64,000 bases of DNA. Source: Macrostomum hystrix (Eukaryota > Animalia > Platyhelminthes). Location: assembly GCA_950097015.1 (NCBI GenBank), contig CATNEN010000035.1, positions 496,001 to 560,000 of the forward strand, read 5' to 3'. A model generated the notes under the pieces. The model ran no database searches and was not told where the DNA came from. It was given only the letters and a program-made list of their open reading frames with translations. The position numbers were made by a program, and so were the translations under genes. Within the stretch, counting starts at the first letter, position 1; each line of letters begins with the position of its first letter. Below, in pieces: positions 13,866 to 26,500 of this stretch.

Positions 13866-14274
13866 AGCTGCAAACAAATCAAATTAAATCAAAGCTTTAC
13901 GGCTCGAATTTTTCACACAGAAGTCTATAGAAAGTAAATTCTACTTCCTAGTGTTAATCCAGCTGTGTAATTAGTGTAAATCGTTACAAAAGATACCGCC
14001 AAATGAGTCAGCAAAGAATAGAGCAATTAAATCGGATTATGAGAACTAGGCTAGTGCAGCTAACACACCTTTAGATTATCACACAAATTAATGAACCGAG
14101 ATAGCAAGAAGAGCAATCGACTAACAAAAGATAAGTCCACATGTGTACGCTTGTACAATTTCGGTTATATCTAACACCACCGTGTAAACATTTTACTTTT
14201 CTTTACCTATAAAAAATATGCCAAACTATTAACTCAGATTCTAATCAGTAACTAACTATAGCTTAGTATGCCAG

Positions 14275-16556
14275 GGTACTTCAGTGCGTGGGACATGACT
14301 CCCCCATGATCCTTCAGTGCGTGGGACATGACTCCCCCATGATCCTTCAGTGTGTGGGACATGACTCCCCCATGATCCTTCAGTGTGTGCGACATGGCTT
14401 CCCCATGATCCTTCAGTGCGTGGGACATGACTCCCCCATGATCCTTCAGTGTGTGGGACATGACTCCCCCATGATCCTTCAGTGCGTGGGACATGATTCC
14501 CCCATGATCCTTCAGTGCGTGGGACATGACTCCCCCATGATCCTTCAGTGTGTGGGACATGACTCCCCCATGATCCTTCAGTGCGTGGGACATGATTCCC
14601 CCATGATCCTTCAGTGCGTGGGACATGACTCCCCCATGATCCTTCAGTGCGTGGGACATGATTCCCCCATGATCCTTCAGTGCGTGGGACATGACTCCCC
14701 CATGATCCTTCAGTGTGTGGGACATGACTCTCCCATGATCCTTCAGTGCGTGGGACATGATTCCCCCATGATCCTTCAGTGCGTGGGACATGACTCCCCC
14801 ATGATCCTTCAGTGTGTGGGACATGACTCTCCCATGATCCTTCAGTGCGTGGGACATGACTCCCCCATGATCCTTCAGTGCGTGGGACATGACTCTCCCA
14901 TGATCCTTCAGTGCGTGGGACATGACTCCCCCATGATCCTTCAGTGTGTGGGACATGACTCCCCCATGATCCTTCAGTGTGTGCGACATGGCTTCCCCAT
15001 GATCCTTCAGTGCGTGGGACATGACTCCCCCATGATCCTTCAGTGTGTGGGACATGACTCCCCCATGATCCTTCAGTGCGTGGGACATGATTCCCCCATG
15101 ATCCTTCAGTGCGTGGGACATGACTCCCCCATGATCCTTCAGTGTGTGGGACATGACTCCCCCATGATCCTTCAGTGCGTGGGACATGATTCCCCCATGA
15201 TCCTTCAGTGCGTGGGACATGACTCCCCCATGATCCTTCAGTGCGTGGGACATGATTCCCCCATGATCCTTCAGTGCGTGGGACATGACTCCCCCATGAT
15301 CCTTCAGTGTGTGGGACATGACTCCCCCATGATCCTTCAGTGCGTGGGACATGATTCCCCCATGATCCTTCAGTGCGTGGGACATGACTCCCCCATGATC
15401 CTTCAGTGCGTGGGACATGATTCCCCCATGATCCTTCAGTGCGTGGGACATGACTCCCCCATGATCCTTCAGTGTGTGGGACATGACTCTCCCATGATCC
15501 TTCAGTGCGTGGGACATGACTCCCCCATGATCCTTCAGTGCGTGGGACATGACTCCCCCATGATCCTTCAGTGTGTGGGACATGACTCCCCCATGATCCT
15601 TCAGTGCGTGGGACATGATTCCCCCATGATCCTTCAGTGCGTGGGACATGACTCCCCCATGATCCTTCAGTGCGTGGGACATGATTCCCCCATGATCCTT
15701 CAGTGCGTGGGACATGACTCCCCCATGATCCTTCAGTGTGTGGGACATGACTCTCCCATGATCCTTCAGTGCGTGGGACATGACTCCCCCATGATCCTTC
15801 AGTGCGTGGGACATGACTCTCCCATGATCCTTCAGTGCGTGGGACATGACTCTCCCATGATCCTTCAGTGCGTGGGACATGACTCCCCCATGATCCTTCA
15901 GTGTGTGGGACATGACTCCCCCATGATCCTTCAGTGTGTGGGACATGACTCCCCCATGATCCTTCAGTGTGTGGGACATGACTCCCCCATGATCCTTCAG
16001 TGTGTGGGACATGACTCCCCCATGATCCTTCAGTGCGTGGGACATGATTCCCCCATGATCCTTCAGTGCGTGGGACATGACTCCCCCATGATCCTTCAGT
16101 GCGTGGGACATGACTCTCCCATGATCCTTCAGTGCGTCGGACATGACTCCCCCATGATCCTTCAGTGTGTGGGACATGACTCCCCCATGATCCTTCAGTG
16201 TGTGGGACATGACTCCCCCATGATCCTTCAGTGTGTGGGACATGACTCCCCCATGATCCTTCAGTGGATCAGACATGACTCCCCCATGATCCTTCAGTGG
16301 ATCAGACATGACTACTCCATGATCCTCAGTGGATCAGACATGACTCCCCCATGATCCTTCAGTGGATCAGACATGACTCCCCCATGATCCTTCAGTGGAT
16401 CAGACATGACTCCCCCATGATCCTTCAGTGGATCAGACATGACTCCCCCATGATCCTTCAGTGGATCAGACATGACTACTCCATGATCCTCAGTGGATCA
16501 GACATGACTCCCCCATGATCCTTCAGTGGATCAGACATGACTCCCCCATGATCCTC
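14275..16556. repeat. 33-bp minisatellite (CCTTCAGTG[C/T]GTGGGACATGACTCCCCCATGAT)
   Basis: About 69 units. A GGATCAGAC variant is clustered at the right end. Confidence 0.95.
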
Positions 16557-19500
16557 TGATGCTGGTCGATGAAAACCAATTGTTAAGTTTAATTAGGCTC
16601 GCAAGTTAAAAGCCATTCACATTAACAAAGTTCGCGAGTAATTTTGCTTCGTTCATTCCACTGAAAATGCACTTTTGGTTAATCAGAACCAAATTTTATG
16701 TTGAAAACGAAATCTGGGCAATTTCTCGCAAGAACTTCTGTTGATTTTCAAGCTTTTTAAGCACCCCTGCATTCATAAAAATGATTTATATTAATAGCAT
16801 ACCGAATTTCATTTGAAAATGTATAAAGTCCGAGCTAAAAAGGTTCAGAAAAAGTACAAAATAAGCATTGATGCATAAAAAATCAAACATCAGCACATTA
16901 TTAGAAAGAAATCTTTAAATTCGGAAATGCAATCAGAAAGCAGAGTGCGCGCATACTTCATTAGTGCTCATGCACTATTATTGCCCATATGTTATCAGAA
17001 AAAAGACAAAATACAGCACACCATATCTGCCATGCCAATTATAGTATTGCGCAGTAATTAACATAGTCCACAGATGCATTACCCCGCTAGAGGTTTACAT
17101 AGGCAAGATTGGTTGCAACACTCGGCGCCCAAGGAGGTGAGGAAAATTTGGTGGGTGGATCGGGGGAAGGGCAAATCTTGTAAAACAAAAAGAACCAGTT
17201 CCATCCAGTTCTAATGCAGCATTTCTCATTTATCCTCGGCTAACATCTGCTAATCTGCTACCAGCAAAATAGATTGAGCTCCCCCCGACTAGCTGAAGCA
17301 AGAAGTTGAGAAGCATTTGAGTACACTAGCACGCGCTTAAAGTTCTGGGGGAACCCAGAAACTGCTCTACTTTCCTACAGCCAATATAGCTGCACTTTAC
17401 ACCAACGAAGCCCGCCCGCTGAACACACTCAGCGCCCAATAAAAGCGCTTATGCCAAGTTCCCGCCAGAAAATGCTGCATCAGCCATTAGTCCTGACGTC
17501 CTCACAATAGTACTGCCCAATCTGAATCTGGACTTGTGTATTGCTGGGCGGAGGGGAGGGAAAGAGAAGGGTTGGGAATGTGATTCCAGCTAAAAGCAGG
17601 ATGTACATTCGAATGAGGATTAGAAACTGCTGGGAAGAGAAGGAAAGAGAGAATGGAGAGAGAATCGGTTGTGGGGTTTGCGGCTTGTACACAGCGCTGC
17701 ACAGTCGCAGTACAGTAAAGCCAAGCCATATCCGGTGGCTCAATTCGCAGCGTGAATTGAACGAAGCGCCGGCTAAGCTTTTATTTTAATAACAAAAATG
17801 CCAACACTGTAAGATCCACTAACTGACACACAAGCAATACCCATTAGCCGATAGTTGACCAGGTAGAAAGCAACTTTAATTTCAGGTGCGCAAATACTAT
17901 TAGCTAGTTAGCAGTCCAATATGGATTCGTGATGTCTACTGTATTGCTGGCTAAGAACTGGGTTATTGCTTTTTTACAAAGCTGTCACTTTGAAACTGCA
18001 GCGACATGAAAGCTGTGGCAACCGTTCACGAATACCAAACCTTTCCAAATCAGATTGCGAATATACAGCTATATACAACCTATAAAAATTGTTCACTAGA
18101 ATGTAAATAGCTACAACAATCATTTTGGATAGGAGAGCTGTACAGCATCTTAGCAAAATAATTAAAGGTATGTTAGAGGTATCTGACAGAAATACATCAA
18201 GAAAAGAAAGAAACAACAAGATATAAATTACAAAAATATTTACTAAGGCCTTACAAAATGACCATACTATAGAATCTGAAATATTATTTTTTTGCACAAC
18301 ACTGACAGGAAAGTGAGTAATTCTAAACTAACATGTTCATAATCTAACCCTTATGTCTTAGTGATAGGTTGCTAGCTGCAATCACTTACAGTAATAATTA
18401 ATGGTGATTCAAAATTAGTTTGGAAAGAGAAAGAAAAAGCAATTATCAAGCAAGCTCAATAATTTTTTGTCTTAGCTAGTTGCTAATATAAATTAGGTGA
18501 AAAAACTAGGTCAACAATAAAAGCACACTAATTGAAAGTTTTTAATGCTAAAAAGGTTTAAATACTAATTATTTTAACAATTCTGTTGTAAGAAGTCAAA
18601 AAATGATTTAGGAAGTGAAACAATATATGCCAAAAACTTGTAAGTAAATATTTATATAAGAAATAGTTTTTTAATGACCAAACAATTTTTCATAGACAAT
18701 TATCATTTCACTTTTATTTAAATCAGCACGTATTTTTATAACTCTGATTTAATAAACAATAGACTATGTAACAAAAAGACAATAACTAAACAATAACTTA
18801 ATAAGCAAGAAAACATGCTGAAAATAAATACAAACACAAATCTAAATAGCGATAGTTATTCTTTTAGCCTAAAAGTTGTTAAAAAATATTAAAATGTTGT
18901 CAACCAAGAACAAAACAATTATATAAAAAAGAAGCTAGCTATACCTGAATGTCCTTTGCACCTCCTGATGAACTGCCCAAATCACTGTTTGGTCGGCCAT
19001 GCTCCAATCTTCCCTCTTCAGTTTCATTTGCTTCATCTATTTCCTGTGTTGGATCAAGTCTCTTTCTTCCTAGAAGAAAAGCCTGCTTCTTAAGTTGATA
19101 AACATCCCTTTTTGAAAAACCTTGTGGGTATGTTTTATAATGGCTGTCGTCTTCGTCACTCATTGGAAGTATAACTTTGCGACTCTAGCTTTCTAATATT
19201 TATTAGTACTTGATTATTAGAAGTACTATAGTATTAGGTAAAACTAAAGCAAAGTAGCTTAAAGTTGTTTGCTTGTCAAAAGGAACAGTAGATGTAGGCC
19301 TAGTCTGAGGTTCGATAAAAATAACACTAATATACTAGTGTTAATCAAATATACTATCTTAACTTTGAAAATAAAGGTTCTAGACAGTGATTGCCACTAA
19401 CTTTGACTAGTAATTCTGTGAATGCAACAACTTTACAAAGTAAAACTATTAATCCAATTGAACCTTTCTATTTCATGATTAAAACCAACTATGCTTCAAG

Positions 19501-20779
19501 ATATGAAATACGTGCCAGAAATTTTAACCACACTAGATACATAAGAACTTTGTGCTTATTGAATGTCTGATATAGTTTTAAAATATTAAAAATTTAATGT
19601 GCACTGCAATATTATAAACTTGTATATAACATTTCGAAGTTATTGTTTGATTTTTTAAAATTGGTGCGTGCGAAATTTCGGATGATTTTATTAAAACAAA
19701 ATTTATTAAAACACAATAAGTTTTATCTCAAAACCATCTCATAAACCTAGCAGATGTTTAATAATGAACTTCTATATCTTAAAGGGCAACTTTTTAAAAA
19801 TATATTGCCTACTCTTGGTTTTGTTGCATTCACGAAAATTCAATTTAAGAACTAATTCAAAATGTCTGCTTTATTGCTGACTGAGCTGCTGCAGATTCGT
19901 AACTTGAAGCAATCAAAAAAGGAAATTAAAAGGAAAACACGTATGAAATATTTTATTAGTCATTTTTAGTACTTTATATTTATAGTGTTTTTACTAGTTT
20001 GCAAAATATGAGCAGGGTAGATTGACTCATTTCATCTTAAAGAATAATTAGCGTTAAGTATTCTGTATCATAGACATTAAAAAAACGGAAAAACCTACTT
20101 TTAAAATATACCTAAAGAAATAAATTTCAGGCAGTAAAATCAGGCACAGATTTTATATTTTTGCTTTTTATCCACGGGCTCACATTCTTTCATAATTTCT
20201 GGAATGAAAACTGATAAGTAAAATAAGGCCGATGGCAGGTATCTCCTGAGATTGACTGCGCTGCTGATGCGATAATATAGCATCGAAGTCAGCAGAGACG
20301 ATGAATAAAATTTTCTAGGTGTTTCGCACTTTCAAAGTGGAAAATAAATCTCCAACTAATGACGCATGAATAAAATGAGCAATATGCTCATCGAGGTATG
20401 AATTGAATAACTTAAGCATCCCATCAACTTGACTAAAGAAATGTGAGCTAATGCCTTGAAAAATGGTGTATATGACCAGAGTTTGTTCTTACTGACATGA
20501 GTCTCTTCTCAGTCACAGAGCTACTGCTCAAGATGCGAAGACTAAGTCTTGAGACATTTGTGTTGCTCACTATATCCATATGGTCTTTCGTGGTCCCAGT
20601 GGAAAATAGGAAACTTTACACAGAGTATCACCGGTCAGGGAGCTTTTAAAATTCGTAATAGAGAATGTTTAATGAAACAAAGTTATATTTACATAAATAA
20701 ATTAATAATTAAATATAACAAATGAAAAAAATAATTAACACCCCAGCCACATTTCCGCGGGATTTAGTCAAGTCGATCA

Positions 20780-22189
20780 TCAGAACGTTCTCACAATCTC
20801 GGCCAGCGACAGGTAGGTTGAGACCAGCATGGCTAAAATTCCGAAAGCAACGACTAGAATGTTCTTTGCGAGCACAAGCGGCCACCAGGGCAGGACGCTG
20901 CGCTCTGTCCACAGCAGCACGGAGTGCAGCATAGGCGGATAGATGAAGATGATGGTGCAGCCGCCCAGACTGCCGAGCAGGGCGATCATCAGGTCCAGGT
21001 GTGGCACCAGCATCGGCACACCGAAGCTAAACAGCACAATGACAGCCCGAAGCGCCAGCTCGGCAGGTCGTTTCAACCTGTCTGACACCAGCGGCTGCAG
21101 CCAGTACCACAGGATGTAGGCCAGCAGGTAGAACTGCAGTCCGTAGCTGATGAATACTGAGAAGCTGTACACTAGCTTCATGGAGGCCATGTACCAGGGC
21201 CAGCTAGGCAAGGAATAGGTGATGGCCTCCTTGACATTCTCGCCGTAGCGCAGATAGCCGTAGAAACCTACAGCAGTGTAAATTGCGATGACCAGGTAGA
21301 TTGACAGGTCCATAATTCCGCAGGTGCGTATCATAGCGTCCTTGTTGCGCATCTTATTCTCAATTGGCAGCACAAGATTAATAGACTCGAATGAGAACAG
21401 CACAACTCCCAGGAATAGAGGCAGAGTGTCGAATCCTTTGACAGCCCGCAAGCTGGCAACTGGCTGAAGGTCCAGACAGCAGTAGGCCACAATGCAGATC
21501 AGCACAATGGCCATGCAGGCGTTGGCAAGGAGGGCGAATGGAGCCAGAATTCGCAGCCGCTGCAGGAAGATAAATGGCATGAACAGCAGAAGGAAGCCCG
21601 CGGTGAACCAGATCAGCGGCAGCTGGCGGCCTGTGACGTCCGACACAAATATCTGCACATTCTCGCACACGAACAGATAATAGACTGCCACCAGGCCAAG
21701 CTGGTTCATCAGCATGAACGAGTTCAGTGTGACGCGGCTGGCTCTGGCTAGAAACCGCAGCTGCCGCGGTCCGTGCTCAAATGCGAGGCCGGCCACCGCC
21801 TCGTAGTCCATGCGCTGCTGGCCTGTCTCGGCCCGCAACCGCCTGGCAACCCGGATCAGCAGCTTGGTGCAGTGCAGAGACACCAGCGCGATCAGGGCTA
21901 TTCCTATAGGACCCGCCACAATGCCCGCGTGCCGGACAGCTCCTGGCATTGCCAGGACACCAGTGCCAATTGTGGCCTTCAGCAGGTGCATCAGGCCCTG
22001 CAGATCGCTCAGGCTGTCATCCTGACTGTCCGATTCAAATTCAATCTCGCGAGGCCCGGCTGTGCCCTCAGCCTTTGCGCTGCCTCCGCCGCCAAGGGAG
22101 CTGGTGGCGAAGGCGGACGCATTTTTGCTGCGGCCCAGAAGCTTCGGCTTGCTCGGGCCCAACAGAGCGAGGCTCTCGTCTTCGCTCAT
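20780..22189 (-). CDS. SLC36A: Proton-coupled amino acid transporter (SLC36/PAT family, Aa_trans), intronless, 469 aa
   Basis: ORF with HLLKATIGTGVLAMP, PLFLGVVLFSFESINLVLPIENKM and GFYGYLRYG motifs and about 11 hydrophobic segments. Confidence 0.92.
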   Translation of the reverse strand: MSEDESLALLGPSKPKLLGRSKNASAFATSSLGGGGSAKAEGTAGPREIEFESDSQDDSLSDLQGLMHLLKATIGTGVLAMPGAVRHAGIVAGPIGIALIALVSLHCTKLLIRVARRLRAETGQQRMDYEAVAGLAFEHGPRQLRFLARASRVTLNSFMLMNQLGLVAVYYLFVCENVQIFVSDVTGRQLPLIWFTAGFLLLFMPFIFLQRLRILAPFALLANACMAIVLICIVAYCCLDLQPVASLRAVKGFDTLPLFLGVVLFSFESINLVLPIENKMRNKDAMIRTCGIMDLSIYLVIAIYTAVGFYGYLRYGENVKEAITYSLPSWPWYMASMKLVYSFSVFISYGLQFYLLAYILWYWLQPLVSDRLKRPAELALRAVIVLFSFGVPMLVPHLDLMIALLGSLGGCTIIFIYPPMLHSVLLWTERSVLPWWPLVLAKNILVVAFGILAMLVSTYLSLAEIVRTF

Positions 22190-22729
22190 TTCTACGAAAT
22201 TATCCCAAGGATTAACAAAAAGTCTGGCCGCTCAGTCAATTGATAAGTTAACTAACTTTATTAATCTTAATTTAGGAGTCTTTCTATGGCTGAGATAAGA
22301 TTCAATTGTGCTTTATATGCAACTAGCTACACGATTCTCTTAGTAAAAGTTAATTAGACTAAACACACTTGGAGCTGAGTGCAGCCAGTACAGTGCCTAT
22401 GCGTACATGCTTTTTATCTTGCCTATCTACTCGTTTTCGACTTTTCTGTTGAAAATGCATGAGCCAACACTGTCACTGGCCTGACTCGCCAAACATGTTC
22501 TGGCTGCGATTCTCTCTCTCTCTCTGATCTCAACCTCAATTTTTGTGCAACTTTTAATTTTGTCGTCTATGTACTCTGTGGCTTAATAACTTTTGAAGTG
22601 CCGAGCACAATGTGTTTTTTCGAGCGTTGGTTCATGGAATAACTAGCATGTTGAGGCTTAACTATAGTAGCTCTGGTTAGCTAGTGCATTATCACTATCT
22701 ATCAATAGATATTAGCAATAATAATTTAT

Positions 22730-23005
22730 TACACCTGCCCCAACCGGGCCACATGTGCAGCCGACAGCACAGCCGCAGCTATTGCGGGGCGCATCTGAAG
22801 GCTGCGTACGGCTGTTCAGTCCATGGACTGGGGGGACGCCACACCCACCCTCAATTACCCCAGCTGATGCTGGTACCCATTTAACAGCTGGGTGAACTGA
22901 AGCAATGCAGAGTTAAGTGTCTTGTAAAAGGACACAAATTGTTCCAGTGGATTTATGAATCGAACCCCCGACCTTCGAGTCTGACGCTCTCACCCTACGC
23001 TACAA
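22730..23005 (+). mobile_element. CORE/MIR-like SINE (or L2-type 3' end) remnant
   Basis: CCCATTTAACAGCTGGGTGAACTGAAGCAATGCAGAGTTAAGTGTCTTGTAAAAGGACACA resembles the MIR CORE consensus (CCCATTTTACAGATGAGGAAACTGAGGC..AGAGGTTAAGT.ACTTGCCCAAGGTCACA). It is followed by a GAATCGAACCC...GACCTTC...CGCTCT tail. The 5' boundary is uncertain. Confidence 0.55.
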
Positions 23006-23500
23006 TCGCCTTGAAAAAATGCACGAGTTATAACAAAACCAGTTTTTTCCCCTGGGGGAGACCATGGGGCTATGTCAAATATCCACTGCCTACTTCACGA
23101 CAGCTCCCAAACCGAATGACCGATTTTCGTCAAAGTCCACCATATGGATATGATCTTTCTACTGTTAAAGAATGGGGGAGAGGTTTAAGGAATGAGGATT
23201 GTGATAAGTAGCATTTTTAACTTATTGATGTGACTGTGTAACTCTTTTTGAAGAACCCTTTTGTTCATTAAATTAAGTTTTTATTATTAACGATGAAAGA
23301 TTTCTGATGAAAATGCAATTCTTAAGACAGTCAAGGAAGCAGTATTGTTTAATCTTAATATATTTAAAACGAAAACGCACAGTAAGTAACAGAACTTTTT
23401 TATTTGAAGACAGATACTGAAATACACATGACACACAAAGTAAATCGGCACGCAGACAAAGGAGCCATGCACTCCTGCTGCACTACTTCCAGTAGCACTA

Positions 23501-26500
23501 TCAGTGCTGCGTCTCCAGAACCGCCTTCTGCTGCGGCTCGCCCAGGGTTAGCAGCGAACTGAAATGATTGCAGAATAATATGTCTGTCTGTCTGTCTGTC
23601 TGTCTCTATGTCTCTCTGGCTGTCTGTCTGTCTGTCTGTCTGTCTGGCTGGCTGGCTGTCTGTCTATCTGTCTGTCCGTCTGTCTAGTCACCTGAGTGAG
23701 TAGGTGCAGCTGCCATCCGGTCCCGGTTCGCCGCGCAGACTGTCCACCAGGCTGTCGACCTCCTGGTCCAGCAGGCCAACGGGCAGGGACAGCAGCAGGC
23801 GGCGCATCTCGGCCTCCGTGAGTCCGTCGCCGGCGCTTTTGATGCCGGCGTCGCGGGCCAGGCGGACCAGGCTCAGGCGCTGCGACTGGGTGAAAACTCG
23901 AAGCACATGCGCCGCCTCGGCCTGCAGCTTCTGGGTCAGCGGCGCAGTGGTACCAACTCTGTAGGGGATGCCCAGCTGCTTGCGGAGGCAGCCCGGCTCG
24001 CGGACGAACGACTCGAAACGGAGCAGCACCGGCTGCTGAACTGTGGCCGCCGTCTTGTACGTGATGCTCACGTTCTGAGTAGCCAATGTGAATCGGTAAT
24101 AGGGCCATCTTGAGACTTATTTTCTGCCCCTTCCCTTTGGGATCCGCTCCTTCCCTTTGGGATCCGCTCCTTCCCTTTGGGATCCGCTCCTTCCCTTTGG
24201 GATCCGCTCCTTCCCTTTGGGATCCGCTCCTTCCCTTTGAGATCCGCTCCTTCCCTTTGGGATCCGCTCCTTCCCTTTGGGATCCGCTCCTTCCCTTTGG
24301 GATCCGCTCCTTCCCTTTGGGATCCGCCCATTCCCTTTGGGATCCTCTCCTTCCCTTTGAGATCCTCTCCTTCCGTTTGGGATCCGCCCATTCCCTTTGA
24401 GATCCGCTCCTTCCGTTTGAGATCCGCCCCTTCCATTTGGGATCCGCTCCTTCCGTTTGGGATCCGCCCCTTCCGTTTGGGATCCGCCCATTCCCTTTGA
24501 GATCCGCTCCTTCCCTTTGAGATCCGCCCCTTCCATTTGGGATCCGCTCCTTCCGTTTGGGACCCGCCCATTCCCTTTGAGATCCGCTCCTTCCCTTTGA
24601 GATCCGCCCCTTCCATTTGGGATCCGCTCCTTCCGTTTGGGATCCGCCCCTTCCCTTTGAGATCCGCTCCTTCCGTTTGGGATCCGCCCCTTCCGTTTGG
24701 GATCCGCCCCTTCCCTTTGAGATCCGCTCCTTCCGTTTGGGATCCGCCCCTTCCGTTTGGGATCCGCCCCTTCCCTTTGAGATCCGCCCCTTCGCTTTGA
24801 GATCCGCCCCTTCGCTTTGAGATCCGTTCTGTAAAGTTAGAAGAAGCTCTGAATTTCTCGCACCTTTATGTCCAGAATCTTCAGCGCGGTGTTCTCGTTC
24901 TCTTTTAGTTTGGCCAGAATTTCCTGCGCTCCTTGGCTAGTGATGGAGTTCATGTCCAGCTGCGGGTAATTAATTTAAAATACGGTTCATATACCAAACT
25001 ACTACTAGTGAGCATGCAAGAATCCAAGCATCTGTAACAGCCACTCACGTAGAGCTCCTTCAGAGTCTCATTGACAGCCAGCATTGCGCCAAGGTATCTG
25101 GCGCCCTCGTTAAAGATTCGATTGGCGGTAAAGTTGAGCACTGTGAGGGCGTTGTTTACTCGCAGACTCTTCGCGACGGCTTCGGCGCCGTCGTCTGAGA
25201 AGCCATTGTAGCTGATGTCAAGGCTGTCGAGGCTGCCATTATCCTTAAAACAATATTTTATTCGTGAAATACTACTTTTCTTATCTTACTAAGAGTAGCT
25301 TCTTAAGCATCTTCTCGTGTGGCTTCCAATTCTTTTTCCCTTCTTGATTTTAACTTCCCATTAAACACCTGCTCACCTACTCATCACACTCTCGCCTCCC
25401 ACCTGCCCAATCATCTTTCTCCCCCTCCAACCTACCTAATCATCTTTCTCCCACCTCCAACCTACCTAATCATCTTTCTTCCCCCCTCTAACCTACCCAA
25501 TCACCTTTCTCCCCCCTCCAAACTACCTAATCATTTTACTCCCCCTCCCAACTACCTAATCATTTTCTACTACTTTTCTCCCACCTAGCTGCTCATGTTT
25601 CTCCCCTTCTCCCACCTAGCTGCTCATGTTTCTCCCCTTCTCCCACCTAGCTGCTCATGTTTCTCCCCTTCTCCCACCTAGCTGCTCATGTTTCTCCCCT
25701 TCTCCCACCTAGCTGCTCATGTTTCTCCCCTTCTCCCACCTAGCTGCTCATGTTTCTCCCCTTCTCCCACCTAGCTGCTCATGTTTCTCCCCTTCTCCCA
25801 CCTAGCTGCTCATGTTTCTCCCCTTCTCCCACCTAGCTGCTCATGTTTCTCCCCTTCTCCCACCTAGCTGCTCATGTTTCTCCCCTTCTCCCACCTAGCT
25901 GCTCATGTTTCTCCCCTTCTCCCACCTAGCTGCTCATGTTTCTCCCCTTCTCCCACCTAGCTGCAGTATGCTAGTCTCGGCGGCTCACCATCAGCGCCAT
26001 TCCGATCGCCTTAGCGCCCTCCATGCGGATCTCGCAGTGGGCCAGGCTCAGGTTCTCCAGGCTGCCGTTGCCACGCAGGGCGGCTCCGATGAGTTCGCCG
26101 CCGTGACTGCCGAAGGTGTTGCTGCTGGCGTTCAGTGAGCGAAGGCTCTCCAGCTGCTGCATTGCGGAGTGTTGGCATTTTTTATATCCTCCGCCACTTC
26201 GCGTCCTCCTAGGAGCGGCAGACTAAAAAATTGGCTGAAAAAATGAAATACCTACCGTGATGAGGCTGGCGATGCATTCGGCGTCCCTTTCCACGAAATT
26301 GTTCGCCGATACATTCAACGAGCGGAGACTGCGGAGACTGTCCGCGCTGTTTGAGAGAACTCGAGCCGCCTCGCTGCCCAGCGAATTATTGCTCAGATCC
26401 TGGGAGGAATGTACGATGGTGAGCTCTGCTCAGCCTGCCGCTCTAACATTCTGTCACTCTCTATCATTCTGTCACTCTCTAACATTCTGTCACTCTCTAA

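Noticed and set aside
14252-16354. 685/688-aa ORFs on both strands (MSHALKDHGGV / GHDSPMILQCV)
   Set aside because: A 33-bp unit that is stop-free in these frames, with no unique N-terminus or splice support. The His-rich look is probably incidental.
26157-26222. Upstream in-frame acceptor adding SAAPRRTRSGGGYKKCQHSAMQ to the LRR protein
   Set aside because: It would leave a 33-nt intron and break the 28-residue LRR register. The 26156 acceptor preserves the register.
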